Shown: positions 39,281 to 54,097 of the stretch, piece after piece | Numbering within the stretch: the first letter of the stretch is position 1 | How the letters are laid out: every line of letters starts with the position of its first letter | Origin: Chrysomallon squamiferum | Taxonomy: Eukaryota; Animalia; Mollusca | Length of the DNA: 64,000 nucleotides | Direction: 5' to 3' | NCBI GenBank assembly: GCA_012295275.1 | Contig: CM022666.1 | Coordinates: 13,640,001 to 13,704,000 of the forward strand | Notes under the pieces: generated by a model | Seen by the model: only the letters and a program-made list of their open reading frames with translations | Told to the model about the DNA's origin: nothing | Database searches by the model: none | Position numbers and translations under genes: made by a program

Positions 39281-40058
39281 GTAAGTACGTTTTATTAATA
39301 AGGGAATTGTTATTAAATTTTGTCTTCTGTTTTTAATTGATTTTATTTTATTTTTTTAAATTTTTTTTTTTTTTTTTCATAACAGTGTTATTGACATTAT
39401 TATTATCGAGCGTTTTTTTCTGCATGTATTTATGAATGTGTGTATGTGCATGAATGTATGTATGTATGTATGTGTGTGTATGTATGTAGTATTACGTGTG
39501 AATGTATGTATGTATGTATATATGTATATATATATACGTATGTGCGTATTTATAGACGTATGTGTATATGTATGTGTGTACGTGTGAATGTATGTATGTA
39601 TGTATACATATGTAAGTATGTATCTATAATACGGTGCTTTACGTCATTTTAGCCTATTTCAAATTCGCCTTCAGGCCACTTTTTTAAGAGTATATTTCAG
39701 TTCATTGAATGTCATTTCATCCGAATTATGTCGTTCAGCAATTTAACCTATGTCATAATAGAAGAACGTGAAATAAATAATTTTTTTTCCTTAATAATAT
39801 ATTTTTAAAATACAAAAAAAAAAAAGGTGAATTCAAAATTCAATAAAAACACAATAAAATAATAATAATAATAAGAAGAAAAATAACAATATGCTTATGC
39901 AATAAAATATTTACATAGACCTCCATTCTACCAGTACAGAATTTCATTTTTATGCTTTACAAATGTTTATTAAATTCCTTACTGCTTTAATGAGAGTTAA
40001 ATTCTTCCGCATGTTCTTTAAACAAATGGTAAGGTGTTTATCGTTATACGTAAAGCAA

Positions 40059-40232
<174 letters not shown>

Positions 40233-40559
40233 TACGTTTTTGAATGTGCCAATCCATTATATTCTGCCATTGATACTGCTAACAAATAAAACCTGGAAAA
40301 GAGAGAGAAAAAAAATCTGTTACTAACAGACCTGAGATTTCAATGTATTCATGTCACAGCTGAGCAGAGGGGACTGTCACTAATATCTGTGAAATTAATT
40401 CTCGTGTGCATTCTAAAGGCAATAAATAAAGTGCTCAGGGATGCGCTGAATTCGCTTTAATTAACATGTTTTATACCTCAAGCTGGCGGTCGTGTTGCTC
40501 CAGTGATTAATATACAGCTTCGAATATCATGTATCTAGTATATATATATGTATATTTAT

Positions 40560-40710
40560 CCACACACACACACACACATACACAAACATACACACACATT
40601 CACATACATACACATACACACACTCACATCCACACACATACACACATACACTTACATACACACCCATACACACACACACACACTCACTCACGTACACACA
40701 CACACACACA

Positions 40711-40742
<32 letters not shown>

Positions 40743-40890
40743 TACATAGATACACACATACACTCACATACACACATACACAAACAAACACACACACACA
40801 CTCACATACAAACACACACACATACATACACACACACTCGCACAGACATATAAACACATACACACACAACTCACATACACATATACACAC
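40560..40890. repeat. Degenerate (CA/CATA)n low-complexity tract
   Basis: Direct reading. Confidence 0.9.
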
Positions 40891-42069
40891 ATGTACGTAC
40901 CTATAATTATTAAGTGTGCGTGTGTTTTAGATCTTTTATTCTTCAAACCACCAAAAGTACTTATTTTATAACCTCTGTGTGTTTTCTGTTTGTATGTTGA
41001 ATATGCTCTTTCTGTTTCTTAGCGAATATTAAACTATTAAGTATGAAACATTTGGTTTTACTATACTAAATAAAGGAAATGTGTTACAAGGTCTATATAT
41101 ATTTATGAGTAAAGTTACTAATATAATTATTAACACATTAAACATTTAAGCACACTTTACAAGGTTGTCAATTCAGAACAGAGTGGTGTACGTTTGTAGT
41201 GAAATGCTACACTAATAGAACAATAGCTTGTTACCAAAGTTTAAAGTTAAGTACCTCGGCTACCTTGCCATGCCTCACTTGAACCTAACAGTTTAATTAT
41301 TGCCAATACATTTTACTTAAAAGAGAAGGTTACTACTTGCCTTGACGTCGAAGCGCTCGTAAAATGTAATTACTTTTGTGTTCCTATTGACAGATCAAAT
41401 AAAATTACTTCAGTATTCTCGTAACGAGTGAAATGTTAGTACGTGTGAAGTTTTACGACAGTTAAATTTAATTTCGTTTGAAGCGTAGCATTACGATTCG
41501 TTCTTCATTGATTTTTCTACATGGTTTAAGAAGCAGTTATAAAATTACGTTTTAAATGTGAAATTGTGAACTAGAACACGTTTAATTTGTTTTCCAGCAG
41601 CTGCAGAAACCTTGCTGTTAAAATTTGTTATCTGCAAAATGAAATTCAAATTCGTTTTCTAGTTGTACAAATTAAGTTCTAATTTTCTAGTCCATTATAT
41701 GCAGAACTATTAATTCCTGTAATACATAAATATGCAGTATTAGACACAAACACACTCACAGATGCATCCATAAATGCATACAATATATATACAGATATGT
41801 ATCCCAGAGAAAAATAGGGACTCACAAACACACATATATATTAAAGAAAGAAAGAAATAACAACAAAAAAAGAAACAAAAAGCAACGAGAACAAAGAACC
41901 AAAGATAATAATAAAAAGTAAAAGTAAAATAAAACAAAACAAAATAAAACATGGAGATAAAAGAAAAGAGTAACCAAATCAAAACACAAATCTGTGCTAA
42001 CTATAGTATGTTTGTTTTTAACACACAGGAATATATTTTCAGGTTCCGAGAGCTGCTGTTTCGAACATC

Positions 42070-45000
42070 ATGGTAAAACCATCTCGAGAACTTACGAACA
42101 CATCCAACAAATTTCACAACAGGCGACAGACAAAAACGTCCTCTGTTTCAAAAAAGAAGCGAACACGCTCTATTTTCGACACTTACAAAATAACAGAGAA
42201 CATTCATTTCGGAAAATGCAGTATATGCAACAACATCATAAAAGATTCGGCATTTATTCTCTCGTGTTTGCGTCCTGTTTGTGCTGCGTGCAAAGATGAC
42301 GTCACTGAGGTACGAAAACATTGCAGGTTCTGTAGCGAGAACGTGTTCGGCAACGTTCGTGAATATTCGGTGTTTACGAATCATCGTCTCGCCTCGCAGG
42401 TCATGAAAGAAATCGACAAACTGGTTTGCAAAGCAGACGGCCAAGAAGCGTTCAGCTACTGTTTCACCTGCAGGCTGATGATGTGTGACGACTGCGAAAG
42501 CGTACACGACGTCACAAACAAATCTCACGAGATAATGACCTTGACCGACATGGCGGAACTTCCGGTCAAAGATTGGGCTGCTAATTCCAACTGTTCGGAA
42601 CATCCGGGCTATTCGTGGACGTACTGCGTCCGCTCCGGAGGAAATTACGACCTGAAATGTGTCCTTTGTAAAACCGAAAACAAAGAAAACGAAAGCGAAA
42701 CTAGAAACATGGAAGAGCTGGAAATAGATCCAGCGTATGAGAGTGAAGTGAAGAGACTGCAGATGGTTAGTGTGAGACTAGCTAAGCGAATCTCTGAACT
42801 CTGTTCAAGTCTGAGTTGTCTGCATGAGAAAGACCCACTGAAACGTAAGATTGCAAACACGTTCGACACTTTCGAAGAGAAGATACGAGAGAGATACCAA
42901 GAGGTGACAGAACACGCGAAAAGCGGCGACGTTTCCTCTGATTCTGAAATAAAAACGAAACTCGTGGAAGGGAGAGATTACGGACGGAGACTTTTCTGCA
43001 CGACAAAACACGACTTTCTCTCCGTGGTGCCGAGAGTTGAGAAACGTCTGCAGGGTCTGCTGAACACGTTAGACAACCCTGTCACGACTCGCACCATGTC
43101 TGTTCGAAACTGCAACATCCTGGAGCAGAGGACACAGAGATTACATTCCAAGATCAAATATTTTGGTGCTTTGATGTCAAAATCAAAAACAGGACTTCGT
43201 CAACAGACTCGACCATCCGTTTTTATCACCAAACAACCTTTAAGCAAGAAAACACGAACTAACGTACAGTCCAACAAGCCACGGAAACCACCGAAATATC
43301 CCGACTCGGCTGTCAAAGAACGCAGAAACAATAAACCAAAACTTCCGGTGAGTACATTTTTAGAACAACTGTCCCAGACAAAGAAAAAACAACCAACGAT
43401 TAAATGCGTTGCCGTGACGCTGAAGGGAATGTCAAAGTTTAGTTCGCAGGCAAGAAATAAAACAAAGAAAACCGAGGAGGGTCAATCCAGTCGAGAGAGA
43501 CAGAACAAGAAGCAGTCACCGGATCGCGTATCACCGTCATCATCATCCAGTTCGTTTAAATCCACGAGGGACTCATCAAGGCAGGTCGGAGAAGATGGTC
43601 TGTTAAACTCGACCGTGATCGATAAACCAGCAGAGACTAATAAACCGAACAAAACGAAGCCGAGTGGTAAAGACAAATACGACATATCTCTCAACAGAAT
43701 GCAGATCTCAGATTATCTGACAAAGAAGACAGAGAACAAGGAATGGATATTCAAAGACAAAGCGACGAAAGCACCTGTCAGGAAAGGTAAGAAGAATGAG
43801 AAAAAGGACGCTGATTCAAATCGCGTCTTGCCTCTGCAGAGCAGACGTATGTTAATACCCAGTCCACAGACGAAATCTGATCGTAGTAAAAATGATGTAA
43901 CAGACTCCAGCGAAAATCTCAAACTTGGTCAGCTTGTGGTGAAGTCGCTAGACGTGCGAAAGGATAAGAAACGTGAAGAGACGCAGATTCTGCAAAACAG
44001 CCGACCAGGAAAACATCCATGAAGCGAAGTCAAGGCAAAGAAACATCAGTTCCTGGTGTTTTGAAGACGAATAAAGAAAACAAGGATAAACAAAAGAAGA
44101 AGACAGAGGAAAAGAAAGTAACGTTTCGTGCTGATCAGAACAGCCGAGGTAAATCAGAAAACGAGTTGTTAACAAAAGATGGTATTCTGAATACAGAGAG
44201 TGAGGAAATAATTCCACAAACGTCCAGTACAGTGAGACAGGTGAACAAGGACTTCACGTGGGAATCTGACACAAATGAGCAAACTTTAACTAACACTGAC
44301 GTGACCCCGAGTTTCGTTCAGGAGAAACCAATTTTCATGATGAAAGACGTACAGATGGAGTTCAGTATCGGAGATGTTTGTAACGATTCCAAATCGACAA
44401 ACGTAACGAGGATTACAGTCACGTTAGTGAGTCCGATCTTCTCTATAACATCGATGATATCGATACGGGACTAAAAACAGCTACGCCAGATGCAAAAAAT
44501 TCGGAAAATGACGTTTTCGGTCCAACAGAAACAAGGGAAAACATAATCTCAGACGACAGAAATAATCCATTCCACAATGAGCCAAATACAGCAGCGGGGA
44601 GTGAAAATAAAACCAATGAGGAAAATTCTTACGATTTTAATTTCTTCAACACAAATGCTGCTGCTGATGACGACGACGAGGACGTAGCATTAAACGAAAT
44701 GCCTTTACATTACACGCCCGAAATGCGATGGGGGTATTCAGCTGACTTGGAAACAGAGCTGAGGAATGCAAAACTGAAAGAAGAAGAAGCAGAGTTCAAT
44801 TATTTGGAGTCAGAAGCTAAGAATGCAGAAATAAAAGAGACAGAAAGAACAGACGACTTTTTCCGATCCAAGGACGACAACGAGGCAGAAAAACGCGAGG
44901 ATGAATCACATGATGCTGGTCGGACTGAACCGATGTTTGACGCGAATTTAGGGCTGTACGCAAACAGCATACGTCAGCTGTATGCAGCCGAAATGAAGCA

Positions 45001-47363
45001 GTCTCAGGAACCACGTAGTAAAACAGAGTCACTCCTTCCAGAATCTGACACGCAGCCGCACTCAGCTGAATCTGGGAACAAGGCTGCTGGCCTCGCTGTA
45101 GACAAAATTGAAGAACGTTCACCGACACACAATACAGAAAGACAAGATAAGGTAAACAAGGCACCAGAGACTGAAGAAACAGACGAACAAGCTGGTACTG
45201 TGGATTTGTTTTCGATTCATGCAGACCCTACAGACCAGTGGATAAGAAATTATTTAACACAGCCCGTCCGCAACGATGAAAGTAAAAACAAAACGGAAAA
45301 GTATTCTGAAAATACTGACAAGAAAGAAGAGCAAGAACATCTCCACTCTGAGATGATTTTCTCACTGGACGATTTGCAAGAAGCAAAAAGCGATGATAAA
45401 GACAAAGAAATAAAAAAGAAGGATTCTGACAAATTTGATATTAAGCCAGAAATAAAGAGTCTTTTTTCCAGCAGTCCTTTTGGCAAATTTTCAGATCAGG
45501 CTGAACCAGCTGAACTGAAAGATCCATCAGGACAAGAAGGACAGTCACAGAAAAATAAAACACTAACGGAGAATGATGTTACTGGCAGTTTTGAAGGAAA
45601 GTCCAAATCAACTAGTACAATCTCAGATCCTTCAGATTGCCATTTGCAAAACGAATTCGAAACATCAGCAGAAGAGAAAGATTACACAACACCAACGCAT
45701 TTCCAAACATCGGAACAACACAGCCACAAATCACCAACACACAGCGATCATTTCCACAGTAACGAAGAACAGTCTAGCTACATTACGGATTGTTCAGATG
45801 TTGTATCACAGGAAGATTTACAAAAAACATCAGAAGAAAGTAAATACAGAGCAGCACCGTGTGACGAGCAGGTTTATCTGAAAGATGAGCCTGCGAACTT
45901 TTTGATTAATGACGAACAACTGTCGATAATCCTGTCAAAACTTGATTCAGAAGAATCGTCAGACCAGTCCCTGGAAACAACACCAAGCAGTCACACGTCA
46001 AACACACAACCTTCTGGGACAGAGAAAAGAGCAGAAGACGCAAGTTCTGAAGTCAGAGATACTCCTGATAAAAACGAAGTGATTCAGAAACACGCTCAGA
46101 AGAAACCAAAACCAAATTAACATCAGAGACAGACGGTACTGAATTACTTCCCGAGAAAAATGTGAAGAAAAAAGTCACGTTTGTGTTAGGCTCTGACTCG
46201 TGTTCTGATGAAGATGACTGTGCAGCGCATGGGACGACGCAGAAACCGGAGGAAAACAAAGAAGACAAATCAGAAGAAGAGAACGTTTCGCTGACGTCAT
46301 CAGATGGCGACAAACAGAGAGCAGCTTGTCTGGCATCAGATGGTTTGACGAAGGAAAGTCCTGACACAGGAATACCAGACAAACAAGAAGAATCCAGCAA
46401 TACGACCGAGAAAAATAACACCGTAGAAGATCAGGAATCAGCAATACTAAATGACTCAAAGGGAGGAGTAGATGTTGCCGCAGCTTCGAATTTCTTCTCT
46501 AATATTCTCAACACTCTAAAGCGACCGATACGCTCAGTGAAAAGGAAAAACTCGAAAGATGCTGAATGCACCGAAACGGATACGGATATGTCTTCAGAAC
46601 ACAGCGACTCGGAAAAGATGTGTGCTGAAAAATCGTCTGAAGACGAAGATGCTATAGGAAGCACATCTAAAACAGGAACAGGCCGATTACACGAAGGTAG
46701 AAAACATGATCCAAACTCTGACAGAACCACCAAATCGGAATCAGATGAGAAAAGAGAACTGGAACCGGAAAGCAAAGCGAAAACGAAAACGGAACCGGAA
46801 AGCAAAGCGAAAACGAAAACGGAACCGGAAACAGACGTCAAAACAAAACTGAATCTTGAAAAGGAATCAGAAACCGCGGTAGAGAAGAAGACAAACAAAA
46901 AGGAATCTGCTGACAAAAGTTTAAAACGTGAAGCGTCCGTTTCGGACTCGGACAAAGACGAGCACGTGATTTTAGCTGTCGTGCTGCACGCTGTTTGTGG
47001 TCGTTCGTCAGAGGTGGCCAGAGTACAGATTTTTGACCGCGAGATGTCGCCAGTGTTACCTGGACTCGGAGAGCTGACGGGAAAAGTTCTCTGTCCGGAC
47101 AAACAGACAGGCGTCGCTGATGTTGAGTACGAAAAGGATCACACAATTTCCAGACTGGTGTTCTGTCCAGATGTCGCTGGTGTGCATAAACTAGAGTTAT
47201 CCATCCTTGGCAAGCAGGTTTCGAAACAGCTCGAATTCACCTCTTTCGAGGATGGTAATATTATTTGTTTTATTTACACTGATTAAAAAGAAGCACATTT
47301 GTACGAAACTAGTTATACAGTATCATCTCCCTACGTACACACACACACGTATATGTATGTATA

Positions 47364-47401
<38 letters not shown>

Positions 47402-48023
47402 CACACACATACATACGTACATAAACTTATCCACACAAATATCAAACACAAAATTAACAAATTATCATTTCAGCTGGAGAGAAGATAACAACTTTTAGAT
47501 ATTCTCTCTATCTTTTCCATTTCTTACTTTTCTCTCTTTTCCTTACTTTTTGGGGGTTTTTTCGTTTCTTTATCTCATCTTTTAACATTTCAGATATCAA
47601 AGTTCATCACAGTGTATTTTTCTTGCAGATGTCTCGAGAGACGCTTTGCTCGTTTTCACAGGCGACTCTTCCATCACGATCAAATGTAAGAATTACCAAA
47701 GAAAAAAACGTCTGATACATCAACAGTGTAACGCAATAATAACCATCTATTTCAAATAGTCAATGCTGTCTGTAGAAAGTCACTAATACTTATTTTTGTT
47801 TGAATTCTCTGTAAATAATAATTTAAGAAAAACATTTATGATAATTTTTTTTTTTTTTTTTTTTTCAATTTTTGTTTAACTATCTAGAGGATAGTATTTT
47901 AATTTATTCTTCATTCATTATTTTTTTATTATTCGTCGTATTTTTATCTTTGTTTTTTTATTCTCTGTTTCTCTTTTTCTCTTTCTCTGACTTTTTCTTT
48001 CTTTCTGTTTTTATATTTGCCCA

Positions 48024-48090
<67 letters not shown>

Positions 48091-48328
48091 GTATATCTCT
48101 TTTTATCTGAATCGTGTTTATCTCTCAGGAAATGTAAAACTATTCACATGTTGCGTTGTACCGAGAGACACACTGAGTTTTTTAACAAATAAAAACATTT
48201 TAAAGAAAAAAATAATATTTATTTGACAACACACTATATACACAAATATTTTTTAACATGGGTTATCAGAGACACATGACGGTTTTTTTTATAATTTATT
48301 TTACGATCTGGATTAAATAATAATAATA

Positions 48329-48375
<47 letters not shown>

Positions 48376-48596
48376 AATAATAATAATAACAACAACAACA
48401 ATAATAATAATTTTAATAATAATAATAACAATAACTATAACAAAAAAAAAAAAAAATAACATAAAATAAAATAAAATAATTTTTAACAGTGGTTAAAGAA
48501 AAAGGAAACATAGTAGATACATTAATATTATTGTAACCTTTAATACCAGTTTATATATACATTCTTAATGGGGTTTTTAAATTTTATGTTTTTCAA

Positions 48597-48636
<40 letters not shown>

Positions 48637-49452
48637 GGATTGTGTGTGTCAGTATGTGTATCTGAGTGTATGTATGCATGTATGTGTATGAGTGTATATA
48701 TGTATGAATGTAAATATGTATGTATATGTGTATGTGTTTGTATGTATGTATGTGTTTGTGTATGTATCTAAATATGTGTATATAGATATATATGTATGTA
48801 TGTTTGCATATTTGTATATGTGTATATATGTATGTATGTATATGTGTATATATGTATGTATATATATATACGTATGTGTGTGCAAGGTATATGTAAGTAT
48901 GTATATTACATTATTTTATCATTATTTAATCGGTCTAATTAACGTTAATGCTTTGTCTTTAGTTTATCTATTTCGGGTTGGAGTTTCACTCAGAACTTAA
49001 ACAAAACCCATATACGATATATCTCAGAATCAGTCCTTCTTAGAACGCCAATGGTGATATTTCCCGTTCCAGACTGTACCCACGATTAGTTAATCAATTT
49101 CCGAGGAATTTGCTTTCAAGTTTAATTATATATTTCTAATAAACAAACTAGACAGCACACCACGGTTTGTGGTTTTCCAGTCGCGGTTAACTGTCTGGAA
49201 CGGGATATATGATATATTCCCACGAGTGATCTAACAAGTATTGATCCATCGAACCACTACGCATCATTCTGCCTTTCTGACCACTGAACACTAGTGCCTA
49301 GAAATAATTAAATTATTATTATTATTAATATTATTATTATCATCTTTATCATGATAATCATCGTCATCGTTATTATTACTACTACTATTACTATTATTAT
49401 TATTATTATTATTGTCATCATCATCATCATTATCGTTGTTATTATCATCATC

Positions 49453-49508
<56 letters not shown>

Positions 49509-50272
49509 TTTATTTTATTTATTTATTTATTTATTTTATTTTATTTACAGGCCCCCGATGGACTCTCGACGAAGGGATGTTGTATAAGAAATACAAAATA
49601 ACCGAGGAAGGAATCCTCTCCAACAAAAGTCACAAGAAAGACAGGACGGGAACGTTAAAACAGTTTCAAGGCAGCATGTCGACCACACCGCTAACCTCAG
49701 AAACTCAGTACTGGGAAATTTTCACAGACATTGCTCTGAAGAACATACTTCACGGCGCAAACATGCTGGTGGAGGCGGCCATTGCAGACCGTGACGTCAT
49801 CGACAATGGCTATAAAGTAGAGGGAAGTAACTGCGCCTGGGGTATCACGTTGGCGTTCTGTAAAAACCACGATGCTGTCTGCTTGCGTAGGTGGGGCTCT
49901 GGGGTCGAAACGGAACACACCGCATTTCCGCTTGTTAATCAAAAACAGGAAACCACCGTCCTCCATCTTGGTTTTCTTTACATGCCCGAGAAATATCGCC
50001 TGCTTGTTATCGATATCGGACAGGATTATCTCCCGTTCGTTATAGATGGCGTAAAGGCGGACGAACAGCAGTTATGGCCGACGTGGGGCGTGTACAATCC
50101 TGATCTGGCTGACGTCACAATGAGAATTATCAGTGGTGACGAAATAATGATTGACAGTCGACGAGCTAAGTACTTATACGATACACTGATGGAAAAGAAA
50201 GCTGAGAAAGCTGCAGATACTGGGAATGTTATCTCGGATATGTTTTCCTCGTTTACTAAGAAGTTCTTCTAA
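42070..50272 (+). CDS. Large TRIM-like protein (RING, 2 B-boxes, coiled coil, ~1250-aa low-complexity linker, filamin-type Ig-like domain, SPRY/B30.2-like domain), about 1990 aa if frameshifts are corrected; exons 42070-47254 (three -1 shifts near 43980, 44392 and 46075), 47629-47685, 49551-50272
   Basis: Degenerate RING CSIC...LSCLRPVCAAC...CRFC; B-box YCFTCRLMMCDDCESVH; CSEHP...YC...CVLC. The overlapping ORFs 42070-44022, 43977-44474, 44384-46120 and 46072-47254 tile the region without gaps. The filamin-like segment is GKVLCPD...LVFCPDVAGVHKLELSILGKQV. Phase-1 GT-AG junctions lie at 47254/47629 and 47685/49551. The last exon has SPRY-like motifs QYWEI, LHLGFLY and LWPTWGVYNP. Confidence 0.8.
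46760..46830 (+). repeat. 30-bp coding tandem repeat (EPESKAKTKT, about 2.3 copies)
   Basis: ggaaccggaaagcaaagcgaaaacgaaaac repeated. Confidence 0.9.
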
Positions 50273-50619
50273 AAGTATAAGGACTGGACTTCAGTATAAG
50301 ATCGTCAAGAATATTTCATCAAATGGACAGTGTTATGATATTTTCTGAAAGACTGATATTGTTGTCACTCCGCATGTGTTAACCATTTACTCGTATTTTT
50401 CATTTTATGTATATTTTCTAGACGCGTTTAATGACAGAAACATTGACAGTTTCATTCTCGTTGTAGATTCATTCGTGCCTTCATTCCTATTTATTAATAA
50501 AGATAACGAAAAGCGTACAAATTTTACAAATTATTATCTATTTTGTCTGACATTATAAAAACGGTAACACAGTATAAGTTTATAATCTGAAATATAGAAA
50601 ACGTATATTATTTAAAAGA

Positions 50620-50671
<52 letters not shown>

Positions 50672-50682
50672 TCATTATTTTA

Positions 50683-50776
<94 letters not shown>

Positions 50777-50945
50777 TCATTACTTTAAATAATACACACA
50801 CACACACACAAACATATACATAAATATACATGCTCTTTGTTTGGTCTCTCTGTGTGTCTTTGTGTCTGTTACACGACTGGTTAGAATCGAGTTTCTATTA
50901 AAGTTTACACATGTCCCCATTCGAAAGTCGAGTGACAAGGACTAT

Positions 50946-50986
50946 ATTGTCGTGACGTCATAATAGCAACAGAACAGTGATGTCAT
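50946..50986 (+). repeat. ~41-bp paired-CRE module, copy 1 (copy 2 at 57805-57845)
   Basis: attgtcgTGACGTCAtaatagcaacagaacagTGATGTCAt. Confidence 0.65.
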
Positions 50987-51068
50987 TCTTTAGGGATTAT
51001 TAGGAATCGTAGTGAAAGTGTATACGATTGTAAGTATTAAACATTTGTCTGCACACACACACACACAC

Positions 51069-51101
<33 letters not shown>

Positions 51102-52211
51102 TATATACCCCTACATACAGACATACACACATATACACAGATATACCCATACATACACACACACACACACACACATACACACACTACAAAACAAATATAA
51201 AATACTGCCAATCCTGCACTCTGTAAACATTCATTCTAATTCTTAAACTGTCTTGTTTCTGCGTTTGTTCATTAACTGTAACCTGTTGTTTTTCTAACAT
51301 TCCTTTTTCGAAATGAAATACAATGTCTGCGCTTGTTAATAAAGTTCATTGAAGGTGGTATCCTGGGAGTTCGGGCGCCACGTGTTAATAAAATTGTCCC
51401 CAGGCGCCTGCTGTCTTCAGAAGGTAAATATTTTTCGTCTGTGCAATTACAGTTTACAGTATTGTCCAGTTTCAATAAGAAAATATTTTTGAAAAGAAAA
51501 TATGATTATGTTGTTAGTGGGTGTAAAATCTTCAGATCGTGAAGATGTTTCAGACTTTCATCTGTTCATTCGTTATTTTAATCTTTTTTATTCTTCGTTT
51601 TGGTTATTTCGTTTGAAATTGTCACCCCTTTTTGGTTTTCAGTTTTTCATTCATTCATCCATTTAGGTCTTTCTTTTCTTTCATATTTTATTTTTTTTGT
51701 CTGTCCATTCATAAGTTAATTTCTTTTCATTCGTTTATTATTATTTATTTTTTTCTAGTTAATCTGGGATATTTTCAGTCTTTCATTCATTTCTCCATTC
51801 ATTTGTTCCTTCATTTTTGCCATCTCATATCTTTTCTTCTTTCGTTCCTTCATTCTCACTCACTCACTCATTCATTCATTCATTTTCTCTCTTTCCTTCC
51901 TTATTTTTTATTTATTCTATTTCACTTTTCTTTCTTCTAACTTTTCTCTAATTATCTCTAATCAAAACACACAGACACATACAAATAAATTCAAACACAT
52001 ACTCACACACACACATATACACACACACACAAACCATACACACACACACACACACACACAAAGACACACACACCCTATCCACATAAACACATAGAAAAAG
52101 AATACGTGTCAATAACCCCATCTAGTTAATGAAAATTTAATGAAAAACTCCGCGTTTTTTGTTCTGTTGATAATACAGGTTTCTTTATACAGGTTTCTTT
52201 CTCTCTCAGTA

Positions 52212-52421
<210 letters not shown>

Positions 52422-53769
52422 GTGTGCAGAATAATTTGTGTATATGACAGTATTACGTAAGATCGCAAATTTTATGTTTCCCATGAGTCACTGAGAAATG
52501 TGAATGCAAAGAGATCTTTAAACTTTAATAACCTCATAACGGAAAAATTTACTACTCAAAAAACTAATACTAAACAGAGCGAAATTAGAAGAAAAAAGGT
52601 TGGAATAAAAAGGATAAAAAGAGATGAAAAAGGAATGACAAGAAGAAACATAGGTGTAGAAAAAGAAGAAAAAAGGATGAAAAAAAAAAAAATTAAGATG
52701 AAAGAAAATTTAGAAGAACTGAGAAGAAGAAAAAATAAAGAAAAGATTTTTGTTGTTTAACGAAAACAGTTAACTTTATTCTTTTCAATTTTCTTTTTTT
52801 GCACATTTTTTTTTCCGTTTTTTATTTCATTTCATCATCATCATCATCATCATCATCTTCTTCTTCTACTTTTCTCGCATAAGTGTTCCCTTTCATTTCT
52901 GTCTAATTCTCACGGAAAACTGTCGGCGGATTCTCTCTTGATCTTACCGTTGACAAACGTTATTTATAGAACATGCTTGTGTTCTGAGTTACGCTGATGA
53001 TACGTTTATTAGCAGAGGCGAAATTCCTGCCAAGCGTCGACTTTTTCTCCTGCAGGTCGCTCGGTGAAGGATTCCTTACATCAAGTGGCAAGTTTGCTGG
53101 CTTTAAGCCGCGAGTTCCCTTCGAAATAGCTGCACACAAAACAACAAAAAAGAAAAAATATTGATTACTCTTCTCTTGGCCATAGGCAAACGTTAGCCAA
53201 CTTTGTTTATAGTGAACCGAGCCATAGGAGCTGGTACGAACACACACACACACACAAGCTTTGACAGCCTTGTGCTTTTAAGGCAACACTTTTTCATTCT
53301 CTGTTTTCATTCAATCATATTTTTTTTTTTTTTTTTACTTTCTCTTGACAGAAGAAGCTTAGGTTGAAGATAGTGGTGTATAATCCGCGTTATCTTCTTC
53401 TTTTTTTTTCCGATCTTATTTTTTATATTTTTATTTTTTTTTTTTTTTTTGTTTTGTTTTTGTTTTATCTTCGTCGCTTCTCGGTTGAGTTGACGCTTGT
53501 GACAGAGTGATTACTGTGAGGGCTGCGAGATTTAGGAGTAACCTGACAGGACGAACGCGGATTTCTATTAGTCTCGGGTGACATTTTGGGGCTTCACCGG
53601 TGAAAGCTCGGACATCCATTAACACAGATCAGCAGAAAGGAAGACGGGAAGTTCACGTTGTGGTTTAAAGAAGACGTTGTGCAGTGTGGTGTTTTAATTG
53701 TCGTCGCTGACGTTGTTCTTTCCTAGCCAGGTATTTTATATTTTTATTATATGAGACAAATGCGTTTAA

Positions 53770-53851
<82 letters not shown>

Positions 53852-54030
53852 GTTTGTGTGTATTTTTCTGTCTCACCTTTACAGACGGAAATCGTATCTC
53901 ATTCATTTTATTTCACTTTGTTTTATTTTCAGTTTTTTTTTTTTTTTTTTAAATATTTTATTTTATCTCGAGTTACTGTATTTCATTTCATTTTATTTAT
54001 TTATTCATTCATTTATTTATTTATTTATTA

Positions 54031-54097
<67 letters not shown>

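Noticed and set aside
42148-47146. Numerous minus-strand ORFs under the large TRIM exon
   Set aside because: They are antisense shadows of a long coding exon and show no motifs of their own.
44019-47286. ORFs 44019-44474, 44699-46120 and 46162-47286 as separate genes
   Set aside because: Each frame is open upstream of its listed start and overlaps the previous ORF, with no intervening promoter, intron or UTR. They are better read as one frameshifted exon.
47594-47685. Alternative upstream acceptor (tttcag, 47593) for the small TRIM exon
   Set aside because: It gives a phase-0 end incompatible with the phase-1 SPRY exon, whereas the 47629 start fits both neighbours.
52948-53129. Minus-strand exon-like segment with good acceptor and donor
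   Set aside because: It has stops in all three frames and no recognisable protein. It could only be non-coding or a terminal fragment.
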